Part shown: piece after piece, positions 50,701-59,700 of the stretch
How the letters are laid out: the number at the start of each line of letters is the position of its first letter
How positions within the stretch are numbered: the stretch's first letter is position 1
Source: Phoronis australis
Lineage: Eukaryota; Animalia; Phoronida
Reading direction: 5' to 3'
DNA: 64,000 nucleotides
NCBI GenBank assembly: GCA_002633005.1
Contig: NMRA01000016.1
Coordinates: forward strand, 714,443 to 778,442
Notes under the pieces: model-generated
What the model was told of the DNA's origin: nothing
Databases searched by the model: none
What the model saw: the letters and a program-made list of their open reading frames with translations, nothing else
Translations under genes and position numbers: made by a program

Positions 50701-53700
50701 TAGACCGACCGAAACTTCTTGACAGTGTAAATGGACAAGAGGTCGGTGTAAATTGACGAACAGATTTTTGAATAATAGTAACACGCCACCGCCTCAGAGC
50801 GGTTTTAGAAAGTCATTGTTGAAATAGGTTTTTGCACAGGAATTCTGAAGCAAATTTGACTTTATCCATCGAGCTCTAGTGAGTTTATGACAAATACTCA
50901 GCCACAATATTTCTTCTTGCAGTACGACCTGAGTCCTATGATGCGCAGTAAGTTCCACACGTTCGTCTCTGGCATTGGATTCAACGAGATGAACATAAGC
51001 GAGTTTTACATCAAACAAACCAGTCTTAACCTAACAGGAATGCGGATAGTTAATGAAAGAGAGCCTGAAGTTGAACGCTTCTTTGGGCTGTGGAAGAGAG
51101 GAAAAGAACGAGACATCGCCATCTCGGTTGGTAAAGTAACATGTACATGCGATCTATACATAAAACGTTACATATTCTAGTCGACAACGTGACCAGGCCA
51201 ACTCATTGAGTTGGACAATTTCATTACGTCGGGAAAAAGAATCGTAGAGGATCGGCTCTGTGTTCTTCAACTTGATCAGACCATTGCCGGAGTTTTTTGT
51301 TTGTAAGTTGTTTCACTACGCATATTCTTCCAAAATATTTTCCCTCACACTGTCTGATTAGTCCGACACGACTCGGCTTGTGACGCACAATCAGCTGAGT
51401 TGAACATAGACAAATGGTGTACGTAAGTTTCATAAATTGTCAGTGTGCCTGCGGCGTTACAACGCGAGGTAAGCAAAATACAAAATTGAGATTAACCTGT
51501 GGATACTCATGACGTTTCACTAGTCAGTGTCATCTTAATTACATGCATTTGCAGTTACTATAGCAAACAGAGATTAGCATGCAAGTAGGACCAAAACAAA
51601 GGTTGGAAAGTATTATACACGAACGATGTACATGTATATTGTACCGACACCAAAACGTACAGTAGGGCAATTCAGAAGCTTCGTTGAACTGCAGCTGAAG
51701 TGATGCAAACACCGCGTTTTGTCGTCAAACACTAACCATTGAAACTAAATATTAATTAATACCATACCGACGTGAGGGCACGTCAATGCAACGTTGAAAC
51801 GACATTTGTAATACCAGCTAAACTTTGTCAAAGTTGGTTGAAAGGGGTCTTCAGCGTAAATCTCCGAGAGATTCTCGGTGATTCGGTGATGACATTCAAA
51901 AATAGTGTGTGTTGTTTTGTAACCGTTAGCTGTGCATGTCGACGCAATGGACTACTTTCTTTTTCAGTACAAAGCTGCTCTCATAAAAGACTCCGTGTCA
52001 CTGTTTGACAAAATTCTCTACGACTCCGGAAGCACATTCAAGTCACACCTGTTAAAAAAGCCCACGTCTTGCCTTGAGAATGTCACAGCGTGGCAATACG
52101 GAAGAGACCTCGCAAGGAGAATTAAGAAGGTACTATGTAGGCTATTTGTTCTTGATTTCACTGGAAACCCTGAAAAAAATCTTCTACCTGTGGACAAAGA
52201 TGAGTGACGTTTATATGTACATGTATTACCTTATCGGGAAGTCTGGGTTTTCAACCGTAGTCCTACAAAAGTTAAATTTAATTCAGTAAAAGTAAATATT
52301 TTCAGAATGAGAAAAACTGTTGACTTTATACCAATTCACGACGGTTAATTGGGTCACGTGAATATGTCTTGTAAGTAAATTTAGGCAGGAAAAAGAGGTG
52401 CATCCAAAGTAAAATAACGGTATAAATCATACGAACAAAATTAATTTTCTTTTGATATAAAGTGTAGACCATAAAATCTTAAAAACGCGTTTCTTATCGT
52501 TTGTTTTCGTTTTACGCACCTTTTGATTTACAGTTAAAAAAGTCCTTGAAGTCCTAATTTTATATACCCTCGTACAAAACAGGAACGAGCATAAAGTATA
52601 TATGTAGTAATTGAACGCTCCATTTGAATCAGGCCAGCCGTGTCTAATATTTTGAAGTGAGCCAAATTTGGTTATTGTCTCGAGGTTACATGCAACCATA
52701 AAGTATGTAGAAAATTAAATCAATTACTGGACTTACGGATTGAGTTGGCTACGTTGCGTCCTCCTTTCGAGGACTTCGACAGGCCACTGAGGTGTCACGT
52801 GACTCGTCATGTGGTCCACAGCACAGTTTGCGCGGGATACTCTTTAGTGCCCTATCCCACGTCCTTGGCAACAGAAACCTCAGGCCCCCTTGTCTGTTTA
52901 GGCTAAGATTCTCAACTCTTTCATAAATAGCTTCCTTGACACCTCTCCTGAGCCAATTTTCCTCTCTATCCAGAATTTTGACATCATCCAGGGAGAAAGA
53001 GTGGTCTGTGGCAGCTATATGACTAAAAACCGCAGAATCATAGCAGTCCCCTTACTAGGTCTACGATGTTGATTGATACGACTTTTCAACTTTTCAGGGC
53101 TTATTTGGTTTCCCCAATGTATACTTTCCCACACCCTAGTTCCGAGCATGAAATGCCATACACCTTTTTTCTCTTTCGTGGTCTTATCTTTCACATTCAT
53201 TAGCTGACTCCTTATATTGTACTAATTGGTTGGAACGCAACAGAAATATCGTGGCCCTTCATATGAGATTTTACCTGGTCTGAAATCTATGGCACAAAAG
53301 GTAATGTTATCCTAACGTCTCCCCTGTTGTCAGGCTGCGTGTTCTGAGGCATGACTCCGCCATGGTCTACCTTGTGGAATGACCACTCAGGATAGCCACA
53401 TCTCTTTAATACTGTTCTGTTGTAATTCAATTCAGCATCAATGCCCTCCTCCTCAGAGCCCACGGTCCCAGCTTTCTATGGGTTGCCCAAAATACATAAA
53501 CCAGAACCTATACTGGTTCGGTCGATCGTAAGCTGTATTGGTTCTGTCACTTACGCTAAATTTATTTCGAGAATCATCTCGCCCCTGCTTGGCTTGTCTC
53601 GACAACATGTAAAGAACACTCAGTCATTCATTAAGTACATAGGAAACCTAGTGATGGAAGAAGATGAGAGCATTACTGCCTATGATGTGAGTACTTTGTT

Positions 53701-56700
53701 TACGTGTGTACCCCCGATGACGCTTTGACGGTTGCGAGAGAACACCTACCGCAGGATAATTCCCAGAGTGATAGAACAACCCTATGGATAGACACTATTT
53801 GCCAGCTACTGGAGCTAACACTTAAGTCCACTTACTTCTCTTTTGAAGAGAACGTCTACATCCAGTCCAATGGATGTGCCATAGGCTCTCCTGTTTCCCC
53901 GATTGTGGTGAACTTATACATGGAGGACTTTGAGAGGAAGGCGTTAGCATCCTATGATGGAGTTCCACATAGACTCTGACTGAGATATGTAGATGACACG
54001 TTTGCAGTGCTAAAAATTCTAAAAAGACAGGGTTCTTCGAACACATTAATCAATGTGACACCAATATCAAGTTTACTCAAAAAGAATCTAGAGACAACTC
54101 TTTACCGTTCCTGGATTGTTTAGTGACTATTGTAGACAGGCGTATTAAGACCAACATTTATACGAGGCCCACTTACACGGACTACTATCTTCCGTTTGAC
54201 TCCATTCACCCTTTGATGCACGCTGGGCGGGATTAGAACGTTAGACTAGCGTGCAAAAACCATCCCCAACACGGAGGAATACATTGATGATGAATTGGAT
54301 TACAACAGAACACTATTAAAGAGATGTGGCTATCCTGAGTGGTCATTCCACAAGGCAGACCATTGCGGAGTCAGGCCTCATAACACGCAGCCTGACAACA
54401 GGGGAGACATCAGGATAACATTACCTTTTGTGCCAGGGATTTAAATCAGACCAGGTTAAATCTCATATGAGAGGCCACGATATTTTTTTGCGTTCCAACC
54501 AATTAGCACCATCAGGAGTCAGCTCATGAATGAGAAAGATAAGACCACGAAAGAGCAAAAAGCAAATTTGGTGTAGTGGCATTTCATGCTCGGAACCAAG
54601 GTGTGGGAAAGTATACATTGGGGTAACCAAACAAGCCCTGAAAAGTCGTATCAATCAACAATGTAGACCAAGTTATGGGGACTGCTGTGATTCTGATGTT
54701 TTTAGTCATATAGCTGCCACAGACCACTCTTTCTCCCTGGATGATGTCAAAATTCTGGATAGAGAGGAGAGGTGTCAAGGAAGCTATTTATGAAAGAGTT
54801 GAGAATCCTAGCCTAAACAGACAAGGGGATGACCTGAGGTTTCTGTTGCCAAGGACGTAGGATAGGGCACTAAAGAGTGTCCCTCGTTAAGTGTGCTGTG
54901 GATCACATGGCGAGTCACGTGACACCGTCACATCGTAGCCAACTCAATCCGTAAGTCCAGTAATTGATTTAATTTTCTACATATTATTACTCAATTGGAT
55001 GACTGGAAGTATTCATCGCGCAACCTTAAAGTATTACGCATATAAACTTGACAATGCCCGAGAAACAACACATATTTAAGCGACCGTGGAAGTTTGTTCC
55101 AGAAAGTGATAGTAATTGCACGCCACTGACTTTTTGCCGAAAACAAGGCAGCTGTGGGAAAAGACTACCCACGAAGGACTATCCGTGACATAGAGAGTGC
55201 GAGTTTTTAGTTGATCCCTCCCTTTAACTTGGAAGGTTGACGCCAGTGCTAGGTGACAGAACGAGGAATGGTTGAAATCATCAAAACAGGGTTTATTTTC
55301 CTTTTAACAAGCACTGTGTTTCGTTTCGAGACCGAATGTCTCACGTTTGCATTGTCACCAGTCGTTTGTTTTATGAATACTCACACCGACGTCTCATTTC
55401 AGGCGACATTCAGGAACAACCAGTACTATCGTGGACTGACGGGCTGGGTACAGTTTGATGATGCCGGTTATCGTAGAGGGTTTTCCCTTGATGTTATTGA
55501 GAAGGCACCCAATCCCAGTACTGGCCTAGCAATAGTAAGTATAACAACAATATCTGTGTTATGTGACGACTTTGACGCAGTAACGGGACAGAACGAGGAT
55601 TGGTTTACTCACAATAGGGTTTAATTTCCTCCTAATTGCTTTTCGAAAGGAGTCCATAATTCTACGTGCTCGTCAAATAAATTTAATTGACAGATACGCT
55701 AAAGATACAAATTCGCAAAAGAATCTGAGTAAAACCTGTAAACAGAACAAAAGAGATCGACATTCGGGCTAAGACTCATAGGACTTGATACATCATCTTT
55801 GCACGCGTCTCTGCCAAACCTACATTCAGAAATGCTCAAATTCTTGACAAGGTTTCAGGGCCACTTTACATTTACTTCACTGCTTATGTTGATGCTCAAA
55901 CAGTAGTGTTATTTGAATTTTATTCAAGGTCGCAAAATGGCAATGCCAAGGGACGTCTTACAGCGAGAACCAAAGAAGGGACCCATCTAGTTGTTACAGT
56001 AACATACGACCTCCGCAAAATTACAGGCCGGGAACCAGCGAGCATCTTGAGAACAAGGAACCGTTGAAAGTCACAACGCACATAGTAAGATGATTTCTCA
56101 ACTTACGTTCCAGGTCAAGACGAAAGCGTATCTATCTTTTGTAGTGTGGCGTTCATCCCAATTAGATCACGCCGTGACGACATGCAACGTTTCCGCAATG
56201 ACATACAGTGCTTCTAACCCGTTTCCGTCGAAAATAACTTTTGATTTAAACCACGTGACGGAACAAGGACAGTCCACATGCACTCGCCTTCTGTTAAAAA
56301 ACGTATCGCAATCAAGTTGGTCTCAGCCCCTGCGGTTCTTTAGAATTAGTTTCTGGGATTACGGAGAAACGGATAAATGGCTACTTCTTGAGAAGAGGCT
56401 CAATAATACGGACATTTTATACGTTCAAAGCATAATGACCCCTGTTACCTGGAAACGCTCTAGTTAGTCAACGTGAAAATTGACGAAAATCTATTTTTAA
56501 GATTATTGTATTTTGCCATCAGTTTAAGGCAGCAAGTGCGAAAAACTCTTCCCCGTAAACAATTTTCAAACCGGAAGAACCTTGTAATAGATTTTTTAAG
56601 GAAAATGACAGAAAAAAGCGGAAAACCAAAGTTGCCTTCCACGGACTATTTATAGGATTTCCAGGTTACGTGAACGTGCCGAGTAATATACAATGTACTA

Positions 56701-59700
56701 TCTAGCGTTTGGACACACAACCAGCCTATACGGCTAACAAAGTGACTGGTCTAGACAACTTATCGAGTCTGGTATCGAGCAATAACGATTTTCTGATTTT
56801 ACCAAGCCTGGAAATGGCTTGCAAACTTTGGTACCAGTTGTAATATAATGAACGATCTTAATCAAAAGTTATTCTTGACAGAAGGTCAGTTCATATGTAG
56901 CACCTTCTACGCACCGACGTCGACGGCAACGGTAGTCAGGGTGGAAGACGGCTGAAAAGTGTGCCCACGCGTACACTTTACGAGTATATTGCCGTTTCGT
57001 ATAATGTCTATCCTAGACAAAGATATCTTGTTCATAATTACGTGTATCTACGTGAACAATTGTCAACTTTCGTTACTAACTAGGGTGACATTCTGTAATA
57101 TTTTCAATTGTTCTGCAATTTAATTTGCTACTAGGGCGAAAGGGGCTTCTAAACATGCTTGAGTAAATAAGTGATATGGCAAACGGACTTGAACACGTTT
57201 AGCTTTCATATACGCAGTACGGTTACGACCAATCGAATAGGCATGACTGCAGGAGCAAAATAAACATTTGCAATCACTGTTGAAATAGCTAGAGGATCGT
57301 CGGTTTAGACCATGGTATGTTCTGCAAAAAATTACCAGCTGCGGCGTTGAAATTTACTTAGACCATTTTGACATATTCCTTTTTTTAAAGTTTCATCAAT
57401 GTAATCGTATAATGTAGTTGAAGTTGAAACGTGAATTAATTTTCAGGGAGAGCCGTATATGTCTTACAAAAAGAAGAGTGTCGATGGAAAACCATTGCAT
57501 GGCAACGACCAATTCGAAGGTTTCTGCAAGGACCTAGCTGTGGCGTTGTTTAACTATATGGGCTTGACCTTTCTGATCAGGCCGGTGAAAGATAAGAACT
57601 ACGGTCTTCCTGATGAAAACGGGACCTGGGATGGTATGGTTGGAGAACTATTAAGAGGGGTAGGCGCACGATCTCAATCGTTGACCATTTAAAATATGTT
57701 ACTAAAGTTCAGTCGAAAGTTGAGCTGTGGGTAATTGAAAGAGCGAATACATTTTCATGTAACTGAACTAAAGAGCACAAGCATTAACACATGTTCTAAT
57801 AAGTTAAAGCCAGTTTCAACGAACACTGCATTATTTCTCACATTTTGTTTTTCAAAGGAAGCTCACTTAGCGATTGCTGACTTGTCCATCACGTCGCTGC
57901 GAGAGGATGCCATTTATTTCTCAAAACCTTTCATGAGCCTCGGCATCAGCATCATGATAAAGAAACCGGCGCCTAAACCACCAAACGAATTTTCTTTCCT
58001 CACGCCGCTAGCTTACGAAGTAAGTTATAAACCACCCAGTCTGACTGGCTGTTTGTCGGAAATAAGCTCAGTCGAATAAACACGTAGGTCAAGTAGATCT
58101 AGATATGAAATATTTTCCTGAACCAACAGCACATATTTGGTGAGAATATCCATGATTGAACGTAAATAGACCTCCTGTCTCGCAATTTATGTGCCAAAGC
58201 ATTGACATGTAGGCGGTAAGGAAGTTATCCTTGAAGAGCACTTTAACGCCAACGGCATTAACTTCTCAACAATTTTCAATAATCAATTTTCAAAAATGCG
58301 TTGTCTCATACTAACTTAGCTTTTTTTAATGTGTCTAATATTCTTCGGCACAGACGAACGCCATTGTAAATGGTTGGTCTAACTGCAGGTTTGGATGTGT
58401 ATCATTTTCGCCTACCTGGGAGTAAGCGTGGTGCTCTTCTTAGTCAGTCGCTTCAGTACTGACGAGTGGTCTATAGACGACTCCAAAGAATGCAAGAGTT
58501 GCAAGAACGTCATGTCCATATGGAATTGTCTCTGGTTCTCTCTAGGGGCCTTCATGCAACAAGGCTGTGAAATATGTCCGAAGTAAGACTCTTTCTACAC
58601 ATGACGCGTGCAAAAATGATAATAATTGATAGAAGATGGACGGCGAAGNACATATTTGGTGAGAATATCCATGATTGAACGTAAATAGACCTTCTATCTC
58701 GCAATTTATGTGCCAAAGCATTGACATGTAGGCGGTAAGGAAGTTATCCTTGAAGAGCACTTTAACGCCAACGGCATTAACTTCTCAACAATTTTCACTA
58801 ATCAGTTTTCAAAAATGCGTTGTCTCATACTAACTTAGCTTTTTTAATGTGTCTAATATTCTTCGGCACAGACGAACGCCATTGTAAATGGTTGGTCTAA
58901 CTGCAGGTTTGGATGTGTATCATTTTCGCCTACCTGGGAGTAAGCGTGGTGCTCTTCTTAGTCAGTCGCTTCAGTACTGACGAGTGGTCTATAGACGACT
59001 CCAAAGAATGCAAGAGTTGCAAGAACGTCATGTCCATATGGAATTGTCTCTGGTTCTCTCTAGGGGCCTTCATGCAACAAGGCTGTGAAATATGTCCGAA
59101 GTAAGACTCTTTCTACACATGACGCGTGCAAAAATGATAATAATTGATAGAAGATGGACGGCGAAGAAGCTCTGACTCGTAGTTTGTACGTCTGTGTTGT
59201 TGAGCAACCATTGTTCAGTTAGATGAACTTGTAGTTCAGGCTACCAAAACACGAGTTAAAGCGGATTTTAGCCCTCCCTCACAGTAATAAGATAGAGAAA
59301 CGTTGCTCAATATAGGATATGTGCTATTATCATTTGGTAAAGCTATGAAGAACCACGAAACCAGCACAGTGAAACAACAGAATCCGGTATTAGACCATTC
59401 TACTCCTTCTTTCAGATCAACTCCTGGTCGTATCGTTAGCTGTGTATGGTGGCTCTTCACGTTGATCCTGATCTCATCTTATACGGCCAACTTGGCTGCC
59501 TTTCTGACCGTCTCCAGAATGAGCTCACCCATCCAGTCAGCGGCGGATCTGGCTGCGCAAACAGTCATCAAGTACGGCTGCATAGATTCAGGCACCACCA
59601 AAGACTTTTTTAGAGTAAGTCCAATATTCTACTTGCGCAAGCCAACGGTCTGCTTTAATATTGCATTGGACGTTTTAATTCCAACACATGTTGGTCTATA

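Larger units (their letters stand above)
50377..50777. mobile_element. Palindromic element: about 160-bp inverted arms with hammerhead cores flanking a tRNA-like cassette
   Basis: 50377-50539 is the inverse of 50612-50777; each arm carries CTGACGA-stem-GAAAC. Confidence 0.8.
58131..59166. repeat. Tandem duplication around N58649 including iGluR exon 11 (probable assembly overlap)
   Basis: 58131-58648 is repeated at 58650-59166; the differences seen are intronic. Confidence 0.85.
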
